Positions 1 to 10,163 of a stretch of 64,000 bases of DNA are shown here, piece after piece. Position numbers and translations under genes: made by a program. This DNA comes from Robiginitomaculum sp. GTDB taxonomy: Bacteria; Pseudomonadota; Alphaproteobacteria; Caulobacterales; Maricaulaceae. The DNA lies in contig JAJFFS010000006.1 of NCBI GenBank assembly GCA_021776515.1, forward strand, positions 39,084-103,083, written 5' to 3'. The notes beneath the pieces were generated by a model. It saw only the letters and a program-made list of their open reading frames with translations, searched no databases and was not told the DNA's origin. Every line of letters begins with the position of its first letter. The first letter of the stretch is position 1.

Positions 1-1341
1 GCTTATTCCATCGGTATCACCAGAGCCTTTCCAGTTAGCCCGCCCGCCGGCCTTTTGTGCCGCCATTGCCGTATCAAAACCGGCCTTGTCTACCTCTATG
101 CCTTTGTCGCGCAGGGCATCTTCGGTAAGATCAAGCGGAAATCCGTAAGTATCGTACAGCTTGAAGGCCACTTCACCTTTTAGTTTATCGCCCTTTTTAA
201 GGTTCGCACTTGCCTCGTTGAGCAGGCCCATGCCTCGCCCCAAGGTACGCAAAAAGCGATCTTCTTCTTGTAAAACATTGGCTTCTATCATCGCCTTGGC
301 ACGTACCAGTTCCGGGTAGGCATCGCCCATCTGCTCTACAAGTGATAAAACCAGCGTATGCACAATGGGTTCCTTTGCGCCTAACAAGTGGGCATGGCGC
401 ATAGCCCGGCGCATAATCCGGCGCAAAACATAACCACGCCCCTCATTGGAAGGGGTCACACCATCAGCCAATAAAAATGAAATGGAGCGCAAATGGTCTG
501 TGATAACCCGGTGGCTAGCTCGCGCCGCCCCCTTGGCTGGGGCGCGCAACGCGTCTTCACTATTGGCAATTAGTGCCTTGAACAGGTCAATATCATAATT
601 GTCATGCACCCCTTGCATAACAGCCGCAATCCGCTCCAGTCCCATGCCTGTATCTATGGAGGGTTTTGGTAATGCCCGGCGAGCACCGCCCTTCTGTTGA
701 TCAAACTGCATAAATACCAGGTTCCAGATCTCTACAAACCTGTCTCCATCTTCGTCTGGTGAACCCGGTGGTCCACCCTGAATTTGCTCACCATGGTCAT
801 AGAAAATTTCAGAGCACGGCCCGCAAGGCCCGGTTTCACCCATAGACCAAAAATTATCTGACGTGCCTATTTTGATAATTTTGTTTTGATCTAGGCCAGT
901 AATTTTGTGCCATAGTGTGGCCGCTTCTTCATCTTCAGCATAAACAGTGACCAGAAGCTTATCTTTGGGAAGCGCAAACTCACGGGTTAGTAAATCCCAG
1001 GCAAAAAATATTGCGTCTTCCTTGAAATAATCTCCAAAGGAAAAATTGCCGAGCATTTCAAAAAACGTATGGTGTCGCGCCGTATATCCAACATTATCCA
1101 GGTCATTGTGCTTGCCACCAGCACGTATACATTTTTGCGAACTGACAGCACGATTATAGGAACGTTTTTCCTGACCAACAAAAACATTTTTGAACTGGAC
1201 CATGCCTGCATTCGTAAAAAGCAAACTAGGATCATTTTGAGGAACCACGGGGCTGGAAGAAACGACCTCATGGCTAAGCCTTCCATTACCGCTTTCAAAA
1301 TAGCCTAGAAAAGCCCTGCGGATGTCATTTAGCGATTCCAT
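1..1341 (-). CDS. alaS: alanine--tRNA ligase, N-terminal part (gene continues past the left edge)
   Basis: Absent from the ORF track because it is open at the window edge. My minus-strand translation from the ATG at 1341 reads [17 protein letters not shown]...[27 protein letters not shown]...[37 protein letters not shown], which is the class II AlaRS catalytic core. recA-alaS adjacency is common. Confidence 0.9.
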   Translation of the reverse strand, partial: MESLNDIRRAFLGYFESGNGRLSHEVVSSSPVVPQNDPSLLFTNAGMVQFKNVFVGQEKRSYNRAVSSQKCIRAGGKHNDLDNVGYTARHHTFFEMLGNFSFGDYFKEDAIFFAWDLLTREFALPKDKLLVTVYAEDEEAATLWHKITGLDQNKIIKIGTSDNFWSMGETGPCGPCSEIFYDHGEQIQGGPPGSPDEDGDRFVEIWNLVFMQFDQQKGGARRALPKPSIDTGMGLERIAAVMQGVHDNYDIDLFKALIANSEDALRAPAKGAARASHRVITDHLRSISFLLADGVTPSNEGRGYVLRRIMRRAMRHAHLLGAKEPIVHTLVLSLVEQMGDAYPELVRAKAMIEANVLQEEDRFLRTLGRGMGLLNEASANLKKGDKLKGEVAFKLYDTYGFPLDLTEDALRDKGIEVDKAGFDTAMAAQKAGGRANWKGSGDTDGIS

Positions 1342-1394
1342 AATAAAACGTCCAAACTGATAAATTCATTACCTTGAGGACAATGATATAGAAA

Positions 1395-1419
1395 GGGCGC
1401 CCGGCCAAGCCAAGCGCCC
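1395..1419 (-). terminator. GC-rich hairpin downstream of recA (candidate intrinsic terminator)
   Basis: gggcgc(1395-1400) pairs with gcgccc(1414-1419), 28 nt after the recA stop. A short T-rich stretch (tttct) follows on the minus strand. Confidence 0.4.
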
Positions 1420-1446
1420 ATCGTGTTTGAACTGTTATAATCCTGA

Positions 1447-2526
1447 TTACCCGTTTGCCACATCGTCTGTACCCGTTGATAGATTACCCTTGAGCATATC
1501 ATCAACAATCAAGCCAGAATTAGAACGAATTTGAGTTTCAATGTCTGCAGAAATTTCAGGGTTGTCAGCCAAAAACTTCCGAACATTCTCTCTACCTTGG
1601 CCAATCCGCTCAGAATTATATGAATACCATGAGCCTGATTTTTCAATAATATCAGCTTTGACGCCCAAATCGATAATTTCGCCAATTTTTGAAATACCCT
1701 CGCCGTAAAGAATATCAAACTCAACATTACGAAATGGCGGAGCGACTTTGTTCTTCACCACTTTTACGCGGGTATGATTACCGATCACTTCATCGCGGTG
1801 TTTGAGGGCACCAATCCGGCGAATATCCAGTCGGACTGTGGAATAAAATTTAAGAGCATTTCCACCTGTTGTAGTTTCCGGACTGCCGTACATAACGCCG
1901 ATTTTCATCCGTATCTGATTAGTGAAAACCACCAACGTACCCGCCTTGGCTATGGAGCCGGTAAGCTTGCGCATAGCCTGGCTCATCAGGCGGGCTTGCA
2001 AACCGGGCAAGCTATCGCCCATATCACCTTCCAGTTCTGCACGAGGGGTAAGCGCAGCAACAGAATCAATCACCACAATGTCTACCGCACCAGACCGGAT
2101 CAGCGTATCTGCGATCTCTAATGCCTCTTCACCAGTGCTAGGTTGAGAAATCAGCAGTTCATTCACATCAACGCCAAGTTTGGCAGCATAGGCTGGGTCA
2201 AGCGCATGCTCTGTATCTATGAAGGCAGCCACACCGCCATTACGCTGGCATTCCGCCACCGTGTGCAATGTCAATGTAGTTTTCCCCGATGCTTCGGGGC
2301 CATAAATTTCGACAACCCGGCCTTTTGGCAATCCACCAACGCCAAGCGCAATATCAAGACCAAGAGAACCTGTTGAAATTGATTTGATGTCAAGGCTGTG
2401 TTTTTGCCCCAACTTCATCACCGCGCCTTTACCAAAGGCACGATCTATCTGACCCAGTGCTGCTTCTAGTGCTTTTTGTTTGTCCACGTTTTCTTTTTCC
2501 ACAAGTTTAAGTTTTGCCTTGGCCAT
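1447..2526 (-). CDS. recA: recombinase RecA
   Basis: 359 aa with Walker [11 protein letters not shown], then [31 protein letters not shown] and the rest of the canonical RecA core. Confidence 0.98.
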   Translation of the reverse strand: MAKAKLKLVEKENVDKQKALEAALGQIDRAFGKGAVMKLGQKHSLDIKSISTGSLGLDIALGVGGLPKGRVVEIYGPEASGKTTLTLHTVAECQRNGGVAAFIDTEHALDPAYAAKLGVDVNELLISQPSTGEEALEIADTLIRSGAVDIVVIDSVAALTPRAELEGDMGDSLPGLQARLMSQAMRKLTGSIAKAGTLVVFTNQIRMKIGVMYGSPETTTGGNALKFYSTVRLDIRRIGALKHRDEVIGNHTRVKVVKNKVAPPFRNVEFDILYGEGISKIGEIIDLGVKADIIEKSGSWYSYNSERIGQGRENVRKFLADNPEISADIETQIRSNSGLIVDDMLKGNLSTGTDDVANG

Positions 2527-2601
2527 TTTATTCGTGTTCCTTCATCATGCACCCCTGATGGGTCTCATTTGCTGAAGGTATTTGTACCTTATTTGTTCTC
2601 A

Positions 2602-2616
2602 GAACACAATGGGAAC
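2602..2616 (-). promoter_or_regulatory. alphaproteobacterial-type SOS (LexA) box, GAAC-N7-GAAC
   Basis: Plus strand gaacacaatgggaac, which reads GTTC-N7-GTTC in the recA sense, about 76-90 nt upstream of the recA ATG. An extra overlapping GTTC-N3-GAAC lies at 2595-2605. It matches the direct-repeat LexA operator described for Rhodobacter and rhizobia. Confidence 0.6.
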
Positions 2617-2640
2617 ATTTATTTTTCTTTTCGTTTGATT

Positions 2641-5205
2641 TCAAGAACTAAGCTCTTCTTTTACTTTTTCTGCCAATTGCTTGAGAGAAAATGGTTTAGG
2701 TAGAAAACTAATTTCGGCCCCCTTACTTAACGTATCTGAGAACTCTTCCTGCGCGAAGCCGGATATAAACACGATTCGCGCATCCTTCAGATAGGGACGT
2801 GCCTCTTCGAGTAACTTTGGTCCATCCATTCCCGGCATAACCACGTCAGAAATCATCAGATCTATCTTGCCCGCATTCTCCTTGGCAATTTCCAGCGCTT
2901 CTTCACCATCTGCCGCCTCCAGAACTTCATAGCCACGATTAATAAGGATTTTTACAGCGATGGTTCGTACAGAATCTTCGTCTTCAACAAATAATATACG
3001 GCCACGACCGGCAAGGTCCTTCGGTTTTCTTTCCTTGGGTGCACTTGCTCCTGGCCCAGAGGTCTCTGTTTCAACCGGATCAAGGCACTCCGGTAGCCAT
3101 ATTTGAAATGTTGTCCCCTCACCCAAAACACTAATCGGGTGCAAGAACCCTCCTGATTGCTTGATAATGCCATGAACCGTAGCCAGCCCCAGCCCCGTTC
3201 CCTTACCTACATCCTTGGTGGTGAAAAATGGCTCAAACACTTTTTTTATTGTCTTTTCATCCATACCTGTGCCGCTATCGACAATCTCGATCAGTGCCCA
3301 GGCACCATCAGGTGCAGGTGCATCACCAAGCGCTTCAGGCGTGATATTGTTCTGGCGCGACGTACGTATAGTCAAGGTGCCACCACCCTTTTCCAACATG
3401 GCATCACGAGCATTGGTGACCAAATTCATCACCGCCATTTCTATCTGCCCCTTATCGGCACGCACAATAGGAAGGTCTCGCCCATGCACCACTTCCAAAG
3501 GAACGCTTTCATGCAGAATGCGCCTCAACATATAGGAAAAGTCCGTCAGCATTGTAGACAGGTTCAGCGGTACAAGCCGCACCGTTTTCTTGCGCGAGAA
3601 GGTCAGTAAATTATCTACCAGAGCAGCGGCGCGCAAACCATCTTCGTTAATTTTCTGCAATCCCGGGTAAGAGGGGTCGCCAACCATATGATGAGACAGC
3701 AAGTTGTCACAATTCATACGAATGGCAGTTAGAACATTGTTCAAATCATGAGCTACGCCGCCGGCCAACTGACCAATTGCCTGCATTTTCTGGGCCTGAA
3801 ACAAGTCCGTTTCCATTTCTTTCCACGATGACATATCAATGACATAGGCGATGGAGCGCCCGGCACGGTCTGGCGCAATATAGATATGTACTGCTTTTCC
3901 ATCTTTGCTGGCGAGAGATAGGTCCAGCGGCCCGCCCCCCTTGTCATCAAGACCAAGTAACTTGTCGCGCCCGACACTGTCATCAGAAAAAAGGGCAAGA
4001 AATGAAGAGCCTGGTGTTGCCACGCCCCCGGTCATTTCCAAAAGTGCAGGATTGGCATCTTCTATAATGGCAAGACCCGTATCTGCCACATCCAGCCGTG
4101 CCACACCAAATGGTGCTGCAATAAACATCTCGTCCAGCGTATGGCCAACATTATGGGTTACGGATGGCGTAACCCGGGCAATGCCAATAGGGGCCTGACC
4201 CTGCGCACTACCAAAAACAACCGAACATGAATGTGCACCTTTGGGTTCCTCGGGCCAGCTTGTCACTATCACAGCCGGAGTTTTAATCCCATCGCGCGTT
4301 TTCAATTGAACTTCTAATCGCGTTATTCCATTGCTCTTGCGGTTCAGCAGGCGCTTCACACCTTCGGGTGCAAAACTTTGCACCGAAGGCGGGGCCACAT
4401 CACCACCACCAACACCCAGCCAAACTCTTAGGGTTTCATTCATGTAACTGACATGCCCCTTTCTATCCGCCGAGAAAAACCCAACCGGGGCCTCATCCAA
4501 TAACGTCAACCCGCTTTGCAGGGGCGGTGACGTTTTATCTTTCTCATGATTAGCCCGGTTTACAATTCTCCACAGGGCACCGCCTGCTGGTAATGGGTGA
4601 ACATGCACGTCCAGCTCGCACATCCCCTCTTCGCCCTCAAATACTGGCAGATGCTCGATGATAGATTGCCCGGATCGGGCGGCCCTTGCCAAACGGTATG
4701 TAATTGCAGATAGGCCAGGATGCGCACACACCAGCCGTTCAAACGGTGCCGGACGCGTACTTTGGCCCATACGCCCTACGGTTTGCGTTAATTTTTGATA
4801 CGCGGCATTGGCAAAAACCGGTTCGCCCCGTCTACCCGTAACAAGCACAGGTTCTGGCACCACCTCCAGTGCACCACGTGCAAAATTTGTGTCCCCGCCC
4901 GATAGTCCCACATGGCCCGGACCGAACTGCTGCGAAGCCAGATGACCTGCCGCCATGGCATAAAGCACAATGAATAGGACTGCTGCTATGCCGAACGTTA
5001 GCACCAAAGCTGCCGGGCCTGTTTGTTCGGGCAGTGCCAATGCTATGAGAACAGCAAAAATGGCCAGTATCGCGGCTCCCCACAAAATAATTTGCGATAA
5101 TGACATGCCAGATAACACGCCCCCCAGAGTACGAAGCGCCCCTGTCCCGAATATTCTGGCCAATGCGTTGGTTTTCACGTCACCTGACATGTCCTGCTCC
5201 TTCAC
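2641..5205 (-). CDS. hybrid sensor histidine kinase/response regulator, CckA-like
   Basis: 854 aa. Two N-terminal TM helices, a long PAS-like sensory region, an H-box QAIGQLAGGVAHDLNNVLTAI, HATPase G-boxes (DSGTGMD, GKGTGLGL) and a C-terminal receiver (ILFVEDEDSVR...DLMISDVVMPGMDG). The H-box and the flhB/fliR/fliQ neighbourhood resemble CckA, but orthology is not proven. Confidence 0.85.
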   Translation of the reverse strand: MKEQDMSGDVKTNALARIFGTGALRTLGGVLSGMSLSQIILWGAAILAIFAVLIALALPEQTGPAALVLTFGIAAVLFIVLYAMAAGHLASQQFGPGHVGLSGGDTNFARGALEVVPEPVLVTGRRGEPVFANAAYQKLTQTVGRMGQSTRPAPFERLVCAHPGLSAITYRLARAARSGQSIIEHLPVFEGEEGMCELDVHVHPLPAGGALWRIVNRANHEKDKTSPPLQSGLTLLDEAPVGFFSADRKGHVSYMNETLRVWLGVGGGDVAPPSVQSFAPEGVKRLLNRKSNGITRLEVQLKTRDGIKTPAVIVTSWPEEPKGAHSCSVVFGSAQGQAPIGIARVTPSVTHNVGHTLDEMFIAAPFGVARLDVADTGLAIIEDANPALLEMTGGVATPGSSFLALFSDDSVGRDKLLGLDDKGGGPLDLSLASKDGKAVHIYIAPDRAGRSIAYVIDMSSWKEMETDLFQAQKMQAIGQLAGGVAHDLNNVLTAIRMNCDNLLSHHMVGDPSYPGLQKINEDGLRAAALVDNLLTFSRKKTVRLVPLNLSTMLTDFSYMLRRILHESVPLEVVHGRDLPIVRADKGQIEMAVMNLVTNARDAMLEKGGGTLTIRTSRQNNITPEALGDAPAPDGAWALIEIVDSGTGMDEKTIKKVFEPFFTTKDVGKGTGLGLATVHGIIKQSGGFLHPISVLGEGTTFQIWLPECLDPVETETSGPGASAPKERKPKDLAGRGRILFVEDEDSVRTIAVKILINRGYEVLEAADGEEALEIAKENAGKIDLMISDVVMPGMDGPKLLEEARPYLKDARIVFISGFAQEEFSDTLSKGAEISFLPKPFSLKQLAEKVKEELSS

Positions 5206-5273
5206 TGGGGCTAAACCCCGGGGCTATTTTCTTGCGCCAGCGAATCACAGGATTCCCTGATCTACAAGGGTTA

Positions 5274-6347
5274 TTATCGTCGGCGTTCAGCCAGACTCAT
5301 AACGTAACCAATGATTTTGGCTACGGCTTTGAAATGTTCAGTCTTGATCTCATGATCTATTTCCGTTGTGGCATAAAGCGCACGAGCCAGTGGCGGATCA
5401 ACAACCACAGGAACATCTGCACCCTCTGCTACATCCCTGATCCGCAAGGCCAGATCATCAACCCCCTTGGCCACACAAACCGGCGCAGCGCTCTCACCTT
5501 GTTCATAATGCAAAGCCACAGCAAAGTGGGTCGGGTTCATAATTACGACACTAGCTTCTGGCACAGCTTGCATCATACGTTGTCGAGAGCGATCAGCGCG
5601 TATCTGCCTTAATCGCGCCCTGACATGTGGGTCCCCTTCAGAGTTTTTCAGCTCATCCTTCACATCCTTATGCGACATCTTCATACGTTTTAAAAAGCTG
5701 TGACGCTGAAACGCATAGTCTGCCATCGCAACAAGAGCAAAAACAGAAAGTGCTGCCATTAACAGTACAATCGATGCTTCGCGCACCACCGGCAACAATG
5801 CCTCCAGGTCCAGATACGGAAGACTGACCAGCATATCCCTTCTCGGCCAAACCACCGCAAATGCCGCTACACCCACCAGCCCCATTTTCGCCAGCCCCTT
5901 GAAAAAATTGGCCAGCGCCTGCATGCCAAATATTCTTTTAGCCCCCTCAATTGGCGAAAGCTTGGAGAGCTTCGGCGTTATTTTTTCAGGTGCCCAAAGA
6001 AACCCGACCTGCATCACGTGGCCGAAAAAACCCGCCACCATTAACGTCGACAAAATCATACCAAGACCCAACAAAGTATGGATGGCTGCATCGTTCGCAA
6101 GTGCCTGTACACCAGCAGCATCCACAGTGATTTGTGCCGACATTTCAAAATAACCGCGTAACCAATTGCCAAAATAACGAGTGGCCGGGCCAGCAAATAC
6201 GGCAATAATCAGGGTTGTAGCTGCCAGCAATAGCCAGGATGGAATTTCCTGAGATTTGGCAACATCACCTTTTTTGCGCGCATCAAGTAATTTTTGCGGG
6301 GTGGCATCTTCGGTTTTCTGGCTCTGGTCCTGATCGTCTGCCATCAA
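5274..6347 (-). CDS. flhB: flagellar type III export protein FlhB
   Basis: 357 aa. N-terminus QSQKTEDATPQKLLDARKKGDVAKSQE, four TM helices and the NPTH autocleavage motif (VVIMNPTHFAVAL). Confidence 0.95.
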   Translation of the reverse strand: MMADDQDQSQKTEDATPQKLLDARKKGDVAKSQEIPSWLLLAATTLIIAVFAGPATRYFGNWLRGYFEMSAQITVDAAGVQALANDAAIHTLLGLGMILSTLMVAGFFGHVMQVGFLWAPEKITPKLSKLSPIEGAKRIFGMQALANFFKGLAKMGLVGVAAFAVVWPRRDMLVSLPYLDLEALLPVVREASIVLLMAALSVFALVAMADYAFQRHSFLKRMKMSHKDVKDELKNSEGDPHVRARLRQIRADRSRQRMMQAVPEASVVIMNPTHFAVALHYEQGESAAPVCVAKGVDDLALRIRDVAEGADVPVVVDPPLARALYATTEIDHEIKTEHFKAVAKIIGYVMSLAERRR

Positions 6348-7099
6348 TTAACACCCTGCACATACGTTTCAATGTGTCTGAACCACACATTCAGAATAGA
6401 CCCCATAGCTATGGCAAAAATAGCCAGGCCGGCAAAAACATTAAGGGGCATAGCAACAAAGAATATTTGCACCTGCGGCATAAGCCGCGAAAGCACACCA
6501 AGTGCCAAATAAAATACAAGCCCAAAAGCAATTAATGGCGCCGCCATTTGTAACCCGACCCGAAATGATTGTGTCACCACCTGCGTCCCCATCTGTGCCA
6601 CATCACCAATAACCGGAATACTGCCTGCGGGAATGATGGAGTAGGTGCCCACTATGCCCGTCAGAAACAAATGGTGTAGCCCAGTGGCGAAGATCAAGGT
6701 CACCGCCGTCAAGTTCAAAAATGAAGCCAGAATGGCCCCTTGCTGACCTTGTGTGGGATCAAATGTTTGAGCAAAAGCCAGACCCGTTTGCATGCCAGCC
6801 ACCTGACCGGCAACGACCAGTGCACTCATCATCAACCGTGCCAATGCCCCAAAAAACAGGCCAATCAATACCTCCTGTATTATCAGCCCGGCAAACAAAT
6901 AAGGTTGCGCCGGCATGGACGGCATTTGATTACCAACGATACCGCCAATAATCAGCGCAACAGTTAGCGCTAGCCCCAACCGTATCCGTGTCGGCACACC
7001 GACCTCACCAATACCCGGCATCAACATCATAATCGCCCCGGTTCGGGCGAACACCAGCGCAATGGCAAAAATGGAGGATGGCAGGCTTAAATCTGGCAC
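6344..7099 (-). CDS. fliR: flagellar export apparatus protein FliR
   Basis: 251-aa polytopic membrane protein in the fliQ-fliR-flhB order. Overlaps the flhB start by 4 nt. Confidence 0.9.
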   Translation of the reverse strand: MPDLSLPSSIFAIALVFARTGAIMMLMPGIGEVGVPTRIRLGLALTVALIIGGIVGNQMPSMPAQPYLFAGLIIQEVLIGLFFGALARLMMSALVVAGQVAGMQTGLAFAQTFDPTQGQQGAILASFLNLTAVTLIFATGLHHLFLTGIVGTYSIIPAGSIPVIGDVAQMGTQVVTQSFRVGLQMAAPLIAFGLVFYLALGVLSRLMPQVQIFFVAMPLNVFAGLAIFAIAMGSILNVWFRHIETYVQGVN

Positions 7100-7101
7100 G
7101 G

Positions 7102-7365
7102 CTACATAGCCGAAACACGATCGGCCACATGCGTCATAAAGCCCCCGAGTAGCGCGCCCATGAGCGGCATAAACACCAGTATGGCAATAAAAATAGCGAC
7201 GATTTTAGGAACAAACACCAGAGTCATTTCCTGCACCTGGGTGAGCGCCTGTAATAAGGCAATTCCCAGACCCACAGCCAGACCTACCAGCATGATCGGA
7301 CCCGACATTTGCAACACCAGCCAGATGGCTTCACGGGCAATATCCAGCACTTCTGCGCTGTTCAT
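7102..7365 (-). CDS. fliQ: flagellar export apparatus protein FliQ
   Basis: 87 aa with two TM helices and the typical FliQ sequence (LLQALTQVQEMTLVFVPK). Confidence 0.93.
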   Translation of the reverse strand: MNSAEVLDIAREAIWLVLQMSGPIMLVGLAVGLGIALLQALTQVQEMTLVFVPKIVAIFIAILVFMPLMGALLGGFMTHVADRVSAM

Positions 7366-7415
7366 GGGCTACTCCCTGACAAGACGGTAACTCGACACAC
7401 AAGAGTGCGCCGGTT

Positions 7416-7423
7416 ATGGTTAA
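7416..7423 (-). promoter_or_regulatory. candidate CtrA half-site TTAACCAT upstream of fliQ
   Basis: Plus strand atggttaa equals TTAACCAT in the fliQ sense, 51-58 nt upstream of the fliQ ATG. This is only an 8-mer and no full TTAA-N7-TTAAC is present. Confidence 0.3.
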
Positions 7424-7493
7424 CAAAACCTCACTGGGAACAGATCCTGGCAAGAGAAATAACGCTATCAACACATTGAGAGAGAACCACCCT

Positions 7494-9365
7494 ATGAACC
7501 TTCAAGCTTTAGCTGCCAGCGCCGCGCTTTGCGCCCTTCTAACGGCCTGCAACGCCCCCTCTGAGCCGAATAAAAACCAGAATGAAGCAACCTCAAACAA
7601 TACGCAACATACTGAAAATATAGCCAATTCAGATCAGACCGAGTCTGAAAAACTGAACGATTGGTTTCAACTAAAATTTGAAGAAAACCTTGCCCGCTCA
7701 CCCATGTTCAAGACGTATATTGGCGTTAAGGATGGTGATTATGGCAAGTGGGATGACCCTTCGCCCGAACACGCGCTGGAAGAACACGAAATTGAACTTG
7801 CCAACCTTGATGAAATGCGCACCAGTTTTGATTATGACAAACTGGATAACAATACCAGACTATCCTGGCGCCTGGCTGAATATAACGGCAAGCGTGAAAT
7901 TGCATCATGGCGGTTTCACGATTATGGCTATATTTTCAACCAGATGTTTGGCACACATTCCTCAATTCCAGCCTTCCTTATCAACCAGCATCAAATCAAG
8001 TCTCAGGACCATGCGGAAGCCTATATCAGTCGCCTGAGCGGTGTGCAGGGTTACCTGGGTGGCCAGGTGAAAAATGCCACCGACCGATTTGAAAAAGGCA
8101 TTAATCCGCCAAAATTTGTTTATACTCGCGTTCTTGATGCCTCCCGCAATATCCTTAAAGGCGCACCTTTTGATGACGGTCCCGACAGCGCCATATTAGC
8201 TGACTTCAGAGGCAAGGTGGATAAGTTGGGTATTACTCCTGAGGCCAAGGTCGACCTTATCGCCCAGGCCGAAGCTGCTATGCTTGCTTTTGTAGCACCG
8301 GCTTATGAAAGCCTGATTACCGAAATGAAACGCCAGCGCGACCTGGCCAGTGACGATGATGGTGCCTGGAAATTGCCCGATGGTGGTGCCTATTATTCTG
8401 ATCGTCTGGCCGCGATGACCACCACAGATATGAGTGCTGGGGAAATTCATAACCTGGGCCTTTCCGAGGTCGACCGCATCCATAACGAGATGCGCGAGAT
8501 CATGAAAAATGTTGGCTTTGATGATGATTTACAAAGCTTTTTCAACTTCATGCGCGACGATCCTCAGTTCTATTACCCTGATGATGATGAGGGTCGTTCA
8601 GCCTATTTGAAAGAGGCGGTTAACATCATTGATACCATGCGCACCCGCCTTGATGACATCTTCATTACCAAGCCCGGGGCCGAAATTATTGTCAAGGCAG
8701 TGGAGCCTTTCCGCGAGGCCACTGCCGGCAAGGCATTTTACCAACGCCCGGCGCTGGATGGCTCACGTCCCGGCACCTATTACGCCAACCTTTATCGTAT
8801 GGAGAGTATGCCAACCTATCAGATGGAAGCTTTAGCCTATCATGAGGGTATTCCCGGCCACCACATGCAAGGTTCTATCGCGCAAGAGCTTGAAAACATT
8901 CCCATGTTTCGCAAACTGGGTGGTTATACTGCCTATAGCGAAGGCTGGGGGCTATATTCAGAATTCGTCCCCAAGGAAATGGGCTTTTATGCAGACCCCT
9001 ATTCTGATTTTGGCAGACTTTCCATGGAGTTATGGCGTGCCGGTCGGCTGGTGGTTGATACCGGCCTGCATGACAAGCATTGGACCCGCCAGCACGCTAT
9101 AGACTATCTCTCTGAAAACACACCTAATTCTCTGAGTGATTGTACCAATGCTATCGAGCGTTATATCGTCATGCCGGGTCAGGCCACGGCCTATAAAATC
9201 GGTATGCTGGAAATCCAGCGTCTGCGCGCCCACGCCAAAACTGAACTGGGCGATAAATTTGATCTGCGCGAATATCATGATGTGGTGTTGGCCAACGGCG
9301 CCGTTCCGCTGTCAATTCTGGGTGATCTGGTCGAAGAATGGATTGCCCGTAAGTCCGAGGGATAA
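7494..9365 (+). CDS. DUF885-family lipoprotein (putative metallopeptidase-like)
   Basis: The track ORF starts at 7416. I prefer the ATG at 7494 (MNLQALAASAALCALLTAC), which gives a signal peptide with lipobox LTAC. HEGIPGHH and the overall layout are typical of DUF885. Confidence 0.75.
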   Translation: MNLQALAASAALCALLTACNAPSEPNKNQNEATSNNTQHTENIANSDQTESEKLNDWFQLKFEENLARSPMFKTYIGVKDGDYGKWDDPSPEHALEEHEIELANLDEMRTSFDYDKLDNNTRLSWRLAEYNGKREIASWRFHDYGYIFNQMFGTHSSIPAFLINQHQIKSQDHAEAYISRLSGVQGYLGGQVKNATDRFEKGINPPKFVYTRVLDASRNILKGAPFDDGPDSAILADFRGKVDKLGITPEAKVDLIAQAEAAMLAFVAPAYESLITEMKRQRDLASDDDGAWKLPDGGAYYSDRLAAMTTTDMSAGEIHNLGLSEVDRIHNEMREIMKNVGFDDDLQSFFNFMRDDPQFYYPDDDEGRSAYLKEAVNIIDTMRTRLDDIFITKPGAEIIVKAVEPFREATAGKAFYQRPALDGSRPGTYYANLYRMESMPTYQMEALAYHEGIPGHHMQGSIAQELENIPMFRKLGGYTAYSEGWGLYSEFVPKEMGFYADPYSDFGRLSMELWRAGRLVVDTGLHDKHWTRQHAIDYLSENTPNSLSDCTNAIERYIVMPGQATAYKIGMLEIQRLRAHAKTELGDKFDLREYHDVVLANGAVPLSILGDLVEEWIARKSEG

Positions 9366-9673
9366 TAAGGGACGAAAAGGCCCATTTGAGGGGTGTTTAC
9401 GGATATTTTTGCACCATAAACCCAAATTTTGGGGCGGTGTAAGGGCAATAAGGAGCACAGACCTGCCCCTCGGATGCGCAATCGGGGATAAATATTGATT
9501 TATCCAACAGGAACACTGGTAAGCTATAATTCCGGCTGGTTGCCCTATCTCGTCTTTTGATAGTTTGGCCGAAAAATGGAAGCCCTTGCCTCGGGGTAAC
9601 CTTTTGGTTTTAGTGTGAAGCTGTCCAGTGCAATGCCTTATCAGCGTGAGCTGGACAGCCCCAAACTTTATAC

Positions 9674-10066
9674 CTACCCGGTCATGCCCGGCATGAAAAA
9701 CGCATTCAGCTTGTTGCCATCAAGATCACGAAAATACCCGGCATAAAATCCGCCTTCCCCGCGTGGGCCGGGCGCGCCTTCGCAGGTGCCGCCCAGCTCG
9801 ATGGCTTTCGCATAAACCTTGTCCACTAAATCGGTCGAACTGGCGGCCAGTGCCAGCATGGTACCATTACCGGCTGTGGCTGTTTTTTCATCATTTGGCT
9901 TGATGATGGAAACGGCAGCACCGACGGCTCCCCCGGCACTCCAGGCGATAAAAGCGTCTTCGTCCATCATGCGTTTACCGCCAAGCTCGGCCAGAACCCC
10001 GTCGTAAAACGTGGCAGCTTTGCCAAAATCATTTGTGCCTACGGTAACATATCCAAGCATTCTCAT
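9674..10066 (-). CDS. VOC/glyoxalase-family protein
   Basis: 130 aa. MLGYVTVGTNDF...FYDGVL...GYFRDLDGNKL is the glyoxalase/bleomycin-resistance fold pattern. Confidence 0.7.
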   Translation of the reverse strand: MRMLGYVTVGTNDFGKAATFYDGVLAELGGKRMMDEDAFIAWSAGGAVGAAVSIIKPNDEKTATAGNGTMLALAASSTDLVDKVYAKAIELGGTCEGAPGPRGEGGFYAGYFRDLDGNKLNAFFMPGMTG

Positions 10067-10163
10067 TCTCCGTGTATAAATGCAATCTACGTTTTGCTTA
10101 TGTTCTCTTTTGCAACATAACTCAATTGCCTAAAACTGCATGGCCGCCCAACAGGAAAATACG

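Noticed and set aside
7416-7493. N-terminal extension of the DUF885 ORF (MVNKTSLGTDPGKRNN...).
   Set aside because: The downstream ATG at 7494 gives a canonical lipoprotein signal peptide (LTAC lipobox). The extension would bury it and would overlap the fliQ promoter region.
9486-9660. Hairpins in the 308-nt DUF885/VOC spacer (GGATAAAT-ATTG-ATTTATCC at 9486-9505 and gctgtccag...ctggacagc at about 9621-9660), considered as a possible sRNA.
   Set aside because: No promoter-plus-terminator pair could be defined by eye. The second hairpin is most simply the transcription stop of the VOC gene. Claiming an sRNA would need RNA-seq.
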